A stretch of DNA of 64,000 nt, from assembly GCA_013239625.1 (NCBI GenBank), contig MU054187.1, positions 9,693,231 through 9,757,230 on the forward strand. The letters run 5' to 3'. Position numbers and translations under genes: made by a program. This DNA comes from Lama guanicoe. Taxonomy: Eukaryota. The notes beneath the pieces are model-generated. The model saw only the letters and a program-made list of their open reading frames with translations. It was not told the DNA's origin and made no database searches. Shown here piece by piece: positions 51,957 through 64,000 of the stretch (within the stretch, counting starts at the first letter, position 1; every line of letters begins with the position of its first letter).

Positions 51957-53600
51957 AGGGGTTCTCACAGGAAGGTCTCAGGACTGCTTACACTCTTAAA
52001 AATTATTGAGGATCCCGAAGAGTTTGTATTTATGTGGGTTAGTGATATTGACTATAACAAGAGGTTAAAACTGAGAAATTTAAAAAATTCTCTTTAAAAG
52101 ATATTCTCATTACATATTAAATAAAAACGTTTTTTTGGTGTGAAAAATAAGGTTTCCCCCAAACAAAAAAAAATTAGATTAGCACCATTTTACATATTTC
52201 AAATCTCTAGCTTGATGGGAGACAGCTGGATCCTTACACCCGCTTCTGTAGTCAAACTTTTAAAATATGATGTTTTGATTGAAGTATGTAAAAAAGAAAA
52301 TCAGCCCTTACAAAGATATGTAGTGAGAAAAAGCAAGGCTATTTTAATAGCCTTTTCAGAAAATTGTGGAGATTCTTTTTTGATACTATAGCAAGACTTG
52401 GCAAGTGGTGGTTTCTTTAAGGTTAGATGCGCTGTGGGCTCTGAATCCGTATCAATAAACTTTTGTACTCAGTTGCATTAAACTCCAGTGGTCATTCCCA
52501 GGGCTGCTGTAACAAATTAATGCAAACCGGGTGGCTTAAAATATGACAGAAATGTATTCTCTCACAGTTCTGGAGGCTAGAAGTCTGAAGTCAGGGTGTC
52601 AGCTGGCTACGCTCCCTAGGGGACCATCGTTCCTTACCTCTGGTAGCTTCTGGTGGTTGTCTGCCTCTGTCTTCACACAGCCTTCTCTTCCATGTGTTTC
52701 AGTGTCTTCTCTCTTTTAAGGACACTTGTCGTTGGATTTGGGGCCCATATGGATGACCCAGATGATCTCACCTCGTGACTTTTGGAAGAGGGCACCCTTC
52801 TACCCACTACAGTCAGTCATCTTGCATTTTGAATGGATCTTTGATGCATGCATGATTTTGTAACTTCATGCATTAGTCACTTGGAAAATACTGGTTCACT
52901 GATTTATGCAGATCTTCCAAATGTTGACACATTTCATTTTAACAATATTTTAAAAAATCACATTTGTTCATCTCACCAACCGAGTGCATCAGAAGAATCT
53001 TTCAGTCAAGCTCTGGTGGCAGAAACAAATTTTCCAAAACTCTAAGTTTGACTTGGGTGCTTAAATTATCATTGCCAACAAATACACTGAGTCGTGTTCC
53101 TTGATGTGACAGGCTTACTTTGTTCATTTCCAAGAAAATGTCTGCCAAGTACCCAAGTTTGGCAAATATTGTCATTTGTCAGTTGTCCTTTTGAGTAAAA
53201 ATGGTGTTCTGTGTAAAAGCAGCTAGTTCAGCTTTTAAACTTCAACAGTCACGCAGGGAAGGGCTTTCCCTCTAGACCCTCATTAGACTTCAGTATAGAG
53301 CAGACTGCTTCACTGTGCATCCTTCCCATTTGTCACAGAGCAGGGTACTCAAAGGTTGCGATTTAAAAAAATTACTAATTTTTACTGCACTGGTGTCCTT
53401 AAATGAACTTGGCTTTTTTCTCTTTTTAAACTGCGAGTGAGTGACAGTAGATAGCGCAGTGCATACCTAGTACAGCAATGTAACCATCTTGATTCACGCA
53501 GGGCAATAGCCGGTCTGGCCACTGTTGATTTTGCACAACCAGTGCACATGTCAACACAGTGAAAAAGGCAAGTAACATCACAAATAGTTTGACCTCACCT
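51957..53600 (-). mobile_element. Charlie1-like hAT DNA transposon, interrupted by an MLT1 LTR
   Basis: ttacactcttaaaaattattgaggatccc at one end and tgtcaacacagtgaaaaaggcaa...atagttttgacctc at the other. Confidence 0.8.
52490..52812 (-). mobile_element. MLT1C-like LTR nested in Charlie1
   Basis: gggctgctgtaacaaatt...ttctctcacagttctggaggctagaagtctgaa...cccactaca. Confidence 0.8.
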
Positions 53601-54834
53601 CTTTCTCTGCTTCCCTTTTTCCCTCATTCTCTGTAAATGACTTGGGATGTTGTGTCATCTTTTTATGTGTCTATTATTCTATTATTAAAAGATATGTTAC
53701 TGTGATGCAAATTTGGTATGAATAGAGAAAAATTACAAAGAAAGAGAGCTTGTGTGTGTTTTAGTTAGGTAAAAAGTGAACCTGTAATAAAATCTTAAGA
53801 GAGTAAATTCATATGAATGAAGCTGCCTTTTACTGCTGAGCTCTGGGATTCAAACTGGAATAAAACAAAAAACTTTATCTATTTATGACATAGTCTATTG
53901 AATCATGAAAATAGGGTGGAAAATAATTTTCTTCCTATGCATGCAAAAGAATTCATAAAAATGTAATCTCTGTCCATTAGTGGAATCTGAATTAGGCAGC
54001 CTTTTAAAAGAAATATGGGTAATTAATCATGGATTGAAAGTTACTGACCAAATCATATAAATCATTTTAGACAAATTTAAACCCAAAGGCCTATTCCAAA
54101 TTCCTCTGTCAAATAAAATTACTCAGCACATCATTAATAAGGTGATTTTCTGCATACAAGATTAATAGAAAAAAACTGACTTTTGAGAGTTAAGAAAAGG
54201 ATTCAATCGGATGTCAGATTCAAAGATTTTATTTCCTAAGATGAACAACCTCTAATTATGGTTTATCAAATTTTATTTTCTTTGGTCCACTGCTGTATAA
54301 GGCTTGAATATAATTACATTATAGGTCACTAATTCTCTTAGATAGAGTTAGGTCCCTTCAACTATAACATTAGTATTTGTGTAAACCAACATGAATTTAA
54401 GCAAAAAGATATGTAAACACTATTTTACATAGAATTATATTGGAATTTGATATATGGAAAATCACATTTAAAAATTATATTATCAGAATTCTTCATGAAA
54501 TTTTCAGGCTCCTTTATATTTCAGTGTATACAGTCCCATTGCTGTCCTTAATTTTTATTGTGTTCCTTTATTATAGCTCATCCATTAGTATATCTTTAAT
54601 TTTGTGTTACATTGTGTTCCTGCATCAACTCTGTTTCTCAGTCAATATAATTTCAGTACAGTCAAATCAAGTTTATTTCTAAAAGTTACCAGCCATCTCA
54701 AAATTTCAGACACAAAGTCTGAGAAAACAGTGAACGTTTCCCATTAACATGCTCTAGAATATTAGGAAATGTTTTCTTGGAAACTCATCGACCTCTCAAA
54801 GCCGTTTTATCATGCACAGTAAACTCATTGCAGA

Positions 54835-55075
54835 GAGGCGACAGAGCATAATGGTTAAGGGCATGGACTCTGGAACCAAAGCACCTGGGTTCTAGTCCCA
54901 AGCCTCCCATCTATTAGCTCAGTGACATTTGGCCATGTTGTTTGGCTTTGTCGGTGTTCTTCACCTATAAAATGAGAATGATAATTTTACGTAGCTTATA
55001 GGCTTGTTCTGAGGCTCAGTATATGTAAAGTGCTTGGAGAATGTGCTGTAGAACTGTTAGCTATTATTATTATGA
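54835..55075 (+). mobile_element. MIR SINE
   Basis: gcataatggttaagggcatggactctgga...cctataaaatgagaatgataat...gttagctattatt. Confidence 0.8.
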
Positions 55076-55757
55076 CTTGTACTGTTAAGAACATTAGCAG
55101 TTATGGTCAAGGATACAAATAATTCTAGTTATTTTATATTAGTGTTCAGAAATATTTTTGTAACTTGATCAGGAAATCGTAATGTTACCCCCATGTGACT
55201 TTCAAAGTGTTTTAGACATTCTGGAGTCAAATATGTTCCCAGAAAAACACATTTCTAGTTCTGTATTGAAAGCTAAGAGGATCCATATACAGAAATTTAT
55301 TTTATATTAACCTTTTTCCTGCAATAACTACTTAAATATATGCTGTATGCAGGAGTATCCTCAGGACCCTGGGAATAATATGGTGAATCACATGTGGATC
55401 TAGCTGACAGTTTATTGGCTGATAGAGGACATATAGATATAAATAAATACTCTGAGTAGAAAGCAAGAGGTGTAGATAACGTGCTCTGAAGAACCTACCG
55501 GAGAGAGCATATCCGTACTAAAGGAATGAGAATACAATCTTAAAGGAGCTTGTATGTGAATAGTGCTTCGAAAGATCAGTAGGACTTATATATTTAGGGA
55601 AGGAAATTCTGTGTTGCGTGTAAAGGAAAGGACTTGTTTTGCTTGGAGCATGGGGTACATGAAGGGGAAGTAAGGCTAAATGATGGGCAGAATATAGAGG
55701 ATCTAAGGCTAGGCTGCTAAGATCTTATTCAGTCATCAGTGGGATATTGTCACGGTA

Positions 55758-57310
55758 TTTTTTTTATTAAGATGAAACTCACATAATACATTAGCCATTC
55801 TGAAGTGCACAATTAAGTCACATTTAGTATATTTACAGTGTTGTACAACCACCACTGCTGTCTAGTTTCAAACATTATCACCCCCAAATTGAACCCCATA
55901 TCCGTCAAACAGTTATTCTCCATTCCCTCATCCCCTCAGCACTTGGCAACTACCAATCTACTTCCTGTTTCTACGGCTCTCCCTATTGTGAGTATTTCAT
56001 GTAGGTGGATTCATTCAGGATGTAAACTCTCCTGTCTTCTTTCTCTTAGCATAATGTTTTCAAGTTCCATCCGCACTGTAGCATGTGTTGGTACTTCATT
56101 CCTTTTTATAACTGAATAATAGTCCATTGAATATATGTACCACAATTTGTCCATTGATGGACATTGGTTGTTTCCATCTTTTGGATGTTGTGGATAGTGC
56201 TGCTGTTAACATACATGTATAAATATTTATTTGGGTATCTGCTTTCAGTTCTTTGGGGTATATATCTTAGGTGCAGAAATGGTGGGTCATGGTAATTCTA
56301 TGTTTAACATTTTGAAGAACTGCAAAACTGGTTTCCACGGGAGATGCACTATTTTACATGCCTACTAACAATATACAAGGGCTCCAATTCTTCCACATTC
56401 TCACCAAAACTTATTTTCTACTTTCCTGATTATCACCATTCTAGTGTATGTGTAGTGGTATCTCTTTGTGGCTTTGATTTGCATTTCCCTGGTGACTAAT
56501 GATGTTGAATATCTTCTCAGGTCCTTGTTGGCCATTTATATATCTTCTTTGGAGAAATGTCTGTTCAGGCCCTTTGTCTGTTTTTGATTGTGTTGGCTTT
56601 TTGTTGTTGAGTTGTACAAGTTCTTTATTCTAGATACTAGACTCTTATCAGCTATATGATTTGCAATTGTATTCTCCCAATCTATAGATTGTCTTTTTAA
56701 TTTCTTATCAATGACCTTGGATTTACAAAAATTTTTAATTTTAGTGAAGTCCAGTTTATCTGTTTTCTCTTGTATTGCTCATGCTTTTGGCGTCATATTT
56801 AAGAGTCCATTGCCAAATACAAGGTTGTGACGATTCATCCCTGTGTTTCCATCTAAGAGTTGTGTAATTTTAAGTCTTTTAGTTCATTGATCCATCTTCA
56901 GTTAATTTTTGTATATGTTATGAAGTAGGAGTCCAGCTTCATTCTCTGGGTATGTAGATACCCAGTTGGCCAAGCACCATTTGAAGAAACTATCCTTTTC
57001 CCATTGAATGATCTTGGCACCCTTGTTGAAAATTATTTGGCCACAGATGTTTGGATTTATTTATGTACTCAATTCTACCTCAGTGGTCTATAGATCTATC
57101 CTTATGGTAGTACCACGCTGCCTTGATAATTATAGCTTGGTGATAAATTTTGAAGTCTGGAAGTGTGAGACTTTGATCTTTTTCAATATTATTTTAGCTA
57201 TTTAGGGACCCTTGCAATTCCACATGAATTTAAGGATCAGTTTTTCTATTTCTGCAAAACAAGGCTGTTGGAATTTTGATAAGAGATTGCATTAAGATTA
57301 TTATAGATTT
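55758..57310 (-). mobile_element. L1M (L1MB-like) 3' portion
   Basis: ttgatttgcatttccctggtgactaatgatgttgaa...gatcttggcacccttgttgaaaat, antisense L1 ORF2/3' UTR. Confidence 0.88.
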
Positions 57311-57499
57311 TTGAACAGAGAAAGTGACATGACTAGAACTCTCCTCAGACAACATTTTAAAAGATGAATAAGAAAAGGAAAAAAGAGGAGACTGGGAGAC
57401 CATAAGAAAAGCTAGCAAAGCAGAAAGGCTTGGACCTAAGTTGTGGGAGTGAAGAAAGGACAAATGCCAGAGAGATTGTGGAGTCAGAGTTGAAAGAAA

Positions 57500-58090
57500 T
57501 CTATTTATTCACTTAATGATTTGCACCCCATTATTTTATGCCCTAGACACTGAGGATGCGATAGTGAACAAGAGGGATATGTTATTTTGCTTTCATAGAA
57601 CTTGCACTCTAATGGCAGGGACAGAGGAACAGTAAACAATGAAGTAAAAAGCAAACTATGATCAATGCTATGAAGAAAATGAACAAGCTACTGTGAAAGA
57701 GATAACAGAGGAAGGCCTACTTTAGGTAGGAGAGGCTTGTTGAAGGAACAGCTGTTTAAATAAGACCTGAATGATGAGGAGTTAGCCTTGTGAGGGATGG
57801 GAGGGTTGGAAGAAGGAAAGTGTTGTAGACTAAGAAATAAAATTATCAAAGGCTATGAGAACCTAAATAGGAAAGAAAAGTCAAAGATGAATCCAAGGTG
57901 ACTAGGTAAGCCGTGGTGCTATTAATAGAACATGCTTGAAGGAAAACCATGATTGTATTCATTTTGGGGGAAAGATATTTAGCAGGTAGATGGAAATTTG
58001 GAACTAGAATTGAGAAAGTGGTCATGCTTCAGATTAATATACTGTGGCCTACCGTATGGAGATGAAAATTGAAGACATGAGCTTGGATGA
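57500..58090 (-). mobile_element. L2 fragments
   Basis: tttattcacttaat...tgctatgaagaaaatgaaca...aagtcaaagatgaatccaagg. Confidence 0.6.
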
Positions 58091-59004
58091 GAAAGCCAGT
58101 TCCAGTGAAAAGAGCTCAGGACTTAAAGTTGAAGACTTGAATTTAAGTCTTCTTCCTATTATTGGTGGTTGTGATACTTTGGGCAATTTCTCTTTCTAGA
58201 ATCACAAGGCTCTATATGACTGTCTATTCTGTTCTAATGATCATATTGTCTTGGTTACTATAGCTTTATTATAAGTATAATATCAGGTAGTTTAAGTCTT
58301 TCAATGGTTTTTTTGCTATTTTATTTTATTTTATTTTATTTTATTTTTTATTCTTTTTTAGATTGTTAAGGTATAGTCAGTTTACAATGTTGTATCAATT
58401 TCCAGTTGGTGTACAGCATAATGTTTCAGTCATATATACATACATTTGTTTTTATATTCTTTTTCATTATAGGTTGTTCTCCTTTTAAAATATTGTTTTG
58501 ACTTTGTTTTATGCCATTTTGGCTTACGAAGGTTTTCACAGGAAAGCTCTATTTTTGGATAGGGAAACCTGTATTCCCAGTTTTCTTCATTCCTTGTGCA
58601 CATTTATATTTCCAGAAATCTGGAATCATTTTCCTTCTATCTGATGGACTTCCTTTAACATTTCTTGTAGTGTGGGCCTGCTGGTTATGAATTCTTCAGC
58701 CTCATTTATATATCTGAACAAAATCTTTGTATTTCCTTCAGTTTTGAAATATGTTTTTGCTGTGTACAGAATTCTTGGTTAACAATTTTTTGTTTAGTAT
58801 TTCAAAAATGTTGCACCACTATCTTTTCCTTGATCCGCTTCTTACAAGAAATCTGCTGTCATCTTTACCTTTGTTTCTCCGTACATTGTCTTTTTTTCTG
58901 TGGCTACTAAAGATTTTTGCTTAATCACTCACTAGGTTTTAGTAATTTCATTGTGAAATGTTGTTAATGTTTGGGTTAATATAGCTCATCAGATCTTGGG
59001 TTTA

Positions 59005-59034
59005 TTATTTTTTGGCAGGGGGAGTAATCAGGTT

Positions 59035-59077
<43 letters not shown>

Positions 59078-59156
59078 TAATGGAGGTACTGGGGATTGAA
59101 CCCAGGACCTCATGCATGCTAAGCACATGCTCTACCACTGAGCTATACCCTTCCCC
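59005..59156 (-). mobile_element. tRNA-Ala-derived SINE (Vic-1-like) with an expanded (TTTA)n linker
   Basis: tggaggtactggggattgaacccaggacctc...gagctatacccttcccc, (TTTA)n at ~59034-59077 and approximate TSD agatct..gttta. Confidence 0.92.
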
Positions 59157-59442
59157 TAGATCTGTGAGTTTATAATTTTCATCAAATTTTAAAAATACCA
59201 GTTGTATTTCTTCACATGTCTTTCTGATCTCATTCCCCAACCCCACCCCTACCCTCTCCTTCAGGGACTCTAATTACAAGTATATTAGTCTGCTTGAACT
59301 TCAATCCTATGGCTCATTGATTCTCTTCTCTTTTTTTCCCTAAATAGTTAATTTTGAAAAGTTTCTATTGTGTGTCTCCAAGCTTACTAATCCTTACATT
59401 TACAGTGTCTACTCTTCTGTTAATCCCATCCAATGTATTTTT

Positions 59443-60495
59443 TTAACATTTTTTATTGATTTATAATCCTTTTACAATGTTGTATCAAATTCCAGTGTAG
59501 AGCACAATTTTTCGGTTATAAACGAACATATATATATTCATTGTCACCTTTTTTTCTCCATGAGCTACCATAAGATCTTGTATATATTTCCCTGTGATAC
59601 ACAGTATAATCTTGTTTATCTATTCTACAATTTTGAAATCCAAGTCTATCCCTTCCCACCCTCCGCCCCCTTGGCAACCACAAGTTTGTATTCTATGTCT
59701 ATAAGTCTACTTCTGTTTTGTATTTATGCTTTGTTTGTGTGTGTATGTGTGTGTGTGTGTGTGTGTGTGTTTTAGATTCCACATATGAGCGATCTCATAT
59801 GGTATTTTTCTTTCTCTTTCTGGCTTACTTCACTTAGAATGGCATTCTCCAGGAGCATCCATGTTGTTGCAAATGGCATTATGTTGTCAGTTTTTATGGC
59901 TGAGTAGTATTCCATTGTATAAATATATCACATCTTCTTTATCCAGTCATCCGTTGATGGGCATTTAGGCTGTCTCCATGTCTTGGCTATTGTAAATAGT
60001 GCTGCTATGAACATTGGGGTGCAGGTGTCATCCTGAAGTAGGGTTCCTTCTGGATATTTGCCCAGGAGCACGATTCCTGGGTCATATGGTACATCTATTC
60101 CTAGTCTTTTGAGGAATCTCCACACTGTTTTCCATAGTGGCTGCACCAAACTGCATTCCCACCAGCAATGTAGGAGGGTTCCACTTTCTCCACAGCCTCT
60201 CCAGCATTTGTCATTTGTGGATTTTTGAATGATGGCCATTCTGACTGGTGTGAGGTGATACCTCATTGTAGTTTTGATTTGCATTTCTCTGATAATTAGT
60301 GATATTGAGCATTCTTTCATGTGCCTATTATGTCTTCCTTGGAGAATTGCTTGTTTAGCTCTTTTGCCCATTTTTGGATTGGGTTGTTTGGTTGTCTCTT
60401 ATTAAGTCATATGAGCTGCTTATATATTCTGGAGATCAAGCCTTTGTCAGTTTCATTTGCAAAAATTTTCTCCCATTCCGTAGGTTCTTTTTGTT
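59443..60495 (-). mobile_element. Younger 5'-truncated L1 with TSD and ORF2 C-terminal remnant
   Basis: ORF 59928..60371 ([23 protein letters not shown]...[23 protein letters not shown]) is L1 ORF2p. TSD ccatcca(a/g)tgtattttt at 59426-59442 and 60496-60512. Confidence 0.95.
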
Positions 60496-63400
60496 CCATC
60501 CAGTGTATTTTTCACCTTAGAGGTTGTTTTTATCTGTGGAAGTTGGATTTAGAAATTTTTATACTTTCCTTGTCTCTGCTTATATTACTGTTGTAATAAT
60601 TGTTTTAATGCCTTTGTGTGCTAATTTGAAGATCTATGTCAGTTGGTCAGTTTCAATGATTGGCTTTTCTCCTCATTATGGGTCATATTTTTTGCTTCTT
60701 GGTGTGCCCTCTATTGAATAGGAGAGATTGTGAATTTTAACTTGTTGAGTGCATTTTATATATATTTGTATTCCTGTAAATATGCTTGAATTTTAACTTG
60801 AAATGCAGTTAAATTACCTTAAAATAGTTTGATCTTTTATTTTTGGCAGCACCCAGGCAGCATTTAGTCTAGGGCTAATTACTCACCACTACTAAGGCAA
60901 GACCCTTCTAAGTACTCTCCTCACTGAATTGGGAGGTTTTCTAGTCAGCCTAGTGTGAACAGCCACTATTCCTGGCCCTCTGTGAATGCCCAGTACTGTT
61001 CCTTCTAATGCTTTCAATGGTTTGTTCTTTCCTCGACCTTGGGTAGTTTTCACACATGCATGCACTGATTAGCTCTACTGAATTCTCCAGGAGGAGGACC
61101 CTTTGCAGTTCTCTGGCATTCTCTTTGTTGTTACCTTGTCTCCCATACTTTGTCCTGTGAACTCTAGCCATCTTGTTCTCCCTAAACTCACAGCTCCATC
61201 TCCTCAACTCAGGGAATCTGCTGGCTCTCCTGCAATTCCCCTTTCCTATGCCATGGCCTGTAATTTCTCTCATGGTAAGAAACTGGGGTAAACTTGTTCA
61301 TTTCCATCTCCAAGGGATGAGTTTCCTTCACTGCCTGATATCCAGTATCTTAAAAACCATCATTTTATATATTTAGTCTGGCTCCTTTTTGTTGTTGTTG
61401 GTTTAGGTGGGAGGGCAAATGTGGTCCTTGTTACTCCATCTTGGCTGGATTCAGAAGTTCCCCTAAGGCTCTGCTCTTAAAAGTTACCTCACATTTTGAG
61501 GAGGGGAAAAGTTCTAATAGTCTATAACCAGTAGCCTCTGGTACAACCACTCTATAAAATGAAGTGTGACTGTTGTTTAGTCTGCCTATTTAATACTTCT
61601 TAAGTCTCCACAATATTATAAAGGTTTGCTGTGACTAGTGATTTATAGATTGTTTGGGCCAAACTTAGAGCTCTGGGGCCTCCCTTAAACATGCCAGTGA
61701 CATTTTCAAAACACAAGGAGCTATTGATAGATTGCAAATCAGTTTTCACTCTTACTTGGTAGTCATTCTGCAGACTTGGTTCTGCTTCTACTTGTGTCAT
61801 TTGGGTAAGGTTGCAGTTAAGGAAATTTTACTTTCTAAAGATCTTAATAGTATGCAGGGCCCCCTAACAGGCAACTTACTGTGAATCGAGGGTTTATTTC
61901 TGGAACACTAAAAACCTTTCTAGTCCAACTCCAAGAAGTGCTGTGTGATTCTTGTTTATCTTATTCTTGAAAGTTTATTTGAAATTAGTAGGGGAAACTC
62001 CTATAATTTTATTTGCTTGAAAAAGAAAAGACCAGTTTTTAAAATTACAGCTAGGGAGAGAGGGGGCTTAAGGAAAACTGAAAATAATCATAGACTGATT
62101 AATAAATTTTTAAGTACTTAATATGGGTATATGTCTTGTTTGGAAAATGGGGTGACTTTTTTTTTTTTTACTCCGTGAATCTCAAAAGATTTTGTCTTCA
62201 AAACAGGTCTTATTTAAAAATATTTTGTTTTCTCCTTTTTTGAATCAGTCCCATATAACTGCCCATCAAAGCTTTGGTTAGCATGAAGTAACTAGTGTTA
62301 CTTCAGTGTCATGTAATTTCAGACAAAAAACAGAGAATCTTGCTGTTACACGTAAACTGAATAGCCTCACTGTAGATGAGTATATAATTTTTTTAGGCTT
62401 TTTGAGATTTCAAAAATAGCTTTTTCTTCCTGGATTGGCTGGAGCCTGGGGACATCCAGCCAGCTTAGTTTTGGAGATAAATATTATAAATAACAGAGAA
62501 AACAAAATAAGATAGTCTTGCTAAGTACCACATTGAACGGTACAGATTCTAAACATCATAGCATTTTTATTGCATAGAGAGGTCCCTGAGCTGAGCTATA
62601 GTAGTCCAGACAGGTAGCCAGGACTGAGAAGAGGTATTCTGAATGGGGAAGCAGTGGCTTTAAGTGTTCAGTGACAGGAATGTTGGCTGTATGTTGTGGT
62701 TACTGTACAGTGAGAAGATATCTGTCAGATAAATGTGTACCCAGAGAGTAGATGGAAATTAGGTAGAAAAAGTAGGTGAGAGTCAGATCCAAGATCCTGA
62801 GTTCTTTGCGTTTGTACTTTACACGGAAGTGACAGTGAAAATGAGAAGGGTCACTGAAGAGACTGTAACGGAGAAAGCCAAGGACCTAGTGACTAAATGT
62901 GAGGATTGAGAGGGAAGAAGAGTCAAAAGTTTTGAGCTAGGATAAGAGAGTTTTATTATTACAAATAGAGAAGTTAGAAAGGAGAGCTTGAATGAAATGA
63001 TGCCAGAGATCCCTGAGGCTTTTTCCATAAATTCCCAGTTTCTCTGTGTGGCTCCTGACTGGACAGCGCTTTCCTTCCCTGTAGCCCTTCTCTTTTCATT
63101 GTTGAGCCCAGCAGGGTGAAAAGGGGCATTTAGAGATCATGAGGTCACCGGGCCCAATCTCTCTATTTTACAGATAAGGAAATTGAGGACTTCAGATATT
63201 GTGACTTCCCTCCAGGCCACGTAGCTCTGCTGGCCTCTTGGCACTATTTTCCGAAATTCTTCTAGCAAAGTTTACTATATATCAATATTGCTTGTTGGCA
63301 AAGTGAGCCTTGTTTCCCCACCATAATTCAATTATTTATTAACTTGATTCCTCAAATCGTTTTTCACCCTCCAAAAATCAAATAAATTAATAGTTAACCT

Positions 63401-63889
63401 AATTCCTTTCTATTAGTCTGATTTTCTCCCGTTTATCCATATATGCAGTCGCAAACCTACCTAAGCAGTACACTGTGGGCATTAATGCCAAATTTGGGTC
63501 TGCTGTTTTGAAAAGCTGTTTGAGAGGAGCTGTTTGAAAGGATACGGAATGATTAACATTTATTTAAGCCTGGAATGAGGATTCTTACTGGGAGTCCTTC
63601 TCCACAGTTTTTAAAAGAACGAGGCTGTGTGATGGAGATCAATAAAGGAACTGCTTCCTTTTTTTGCCCCTCTAAACCCATTCCCTGATTTCTCACCCAC
63701 GGAACCCTGCTATCCTGCCTGAACAGAATGAGATTAACCATTGCCCTAAATAAGTGAACTCTGTTGTTTTAAGACGTCTCGCCCAGCCCTACACCATAGC
63801 TGGAACCTGAGGAGAGTACCTTCTCTTTCCCTTCCCAAGCCTCTCTCCTCATCTTACCCCAGGGCTGTCTCTCCTATACCCCTTTCTCC

Positions 63890-64000
63890 TGCTGGAGTCC
63901 CGCGCCCTCCCTCGGGTCACATTCCCCCCAGGCCTGATTGCAACCTGCCTACAGCTTCTCTCTCGGCTGCACCGCCCACGAGAGTGCCGGGTTGGGGGCA
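63890..64000. promoter_or_regulatory. Probable left edge of another CpG island
   Basis: Abrupt rise in GC and CpG (cccgcgccc, tcggctgcaccgcccacgag, gccggg), truncated by the window end. Confidence 0.55.

Larger units (their letters stand above)
58580..61460 (-). mobile_element. Old L1M body carrying younger SINE and L1 insertions
   Basis: tcctttaacatttcttgtagtgtgggcctgctgg...gttactccatcttggctgga. The sequence is continuous across the nested TSDs. Confidence 0.65.

Noticed and set aside
59928..60371. 147-aa ORF
   Set aside because: L1 ORF2p C-terminal remnant in a 5'-truncated element, not a host gene.
1..64000. Scattered single TGA(C/G)TCA sites
   Set aside because: About ten seen, near chance expectation. 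Kept only where clustered with other signals.
1..64000. Assigning a gene symbol, or calling miRNA, snoRNA, CRISPR or prokaryote-type systems
   Set aside because: No coding exon or RNA gene that I recognise, and no repeat-spacer array. Naming the locus needs alignment to an annotated genome.

Overview
AT-rich mammalian genomic DNA with no recognisable protein-coding exon. The species is probably a camelid, inferred from five copies of a tRNA-Ala-derived SINE resembling Vic-1. There are three promoter-like zones: the edge of a CpG promoter at 1-720 with a dense ZNF143/THAP11-type motif cluster, a ~1 kb CpG island at ~26.7-27.7 kb with a probable non-coding first exon spliced on the + strand, and the start of another GC/CpG-rich region at the right edge. 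The rest is intronic or intergenic and full of interspersed repeats (MIR, L2, L1 of several ages, MLT1/MER21/ERV LTRs, and MER5A, MER3, Charlie1 and Tigger DNA transposons). Most listed ORFs are chance ORFs, CpG-island artefacts or L1 ORF2 remnants. I could not name the host gene or genes. Repeat family names come from remembered consensus sequences, and many boundaries are approximate. I found no convincing new biological system. The most unusual signals are an ancient MIR that is CpG-rich rather than CpG-depleted (45.3-45.5 kb), a near-consensus CTCF site with an upstream module (17.37 kb), and several candidate non-coding + strand exons.
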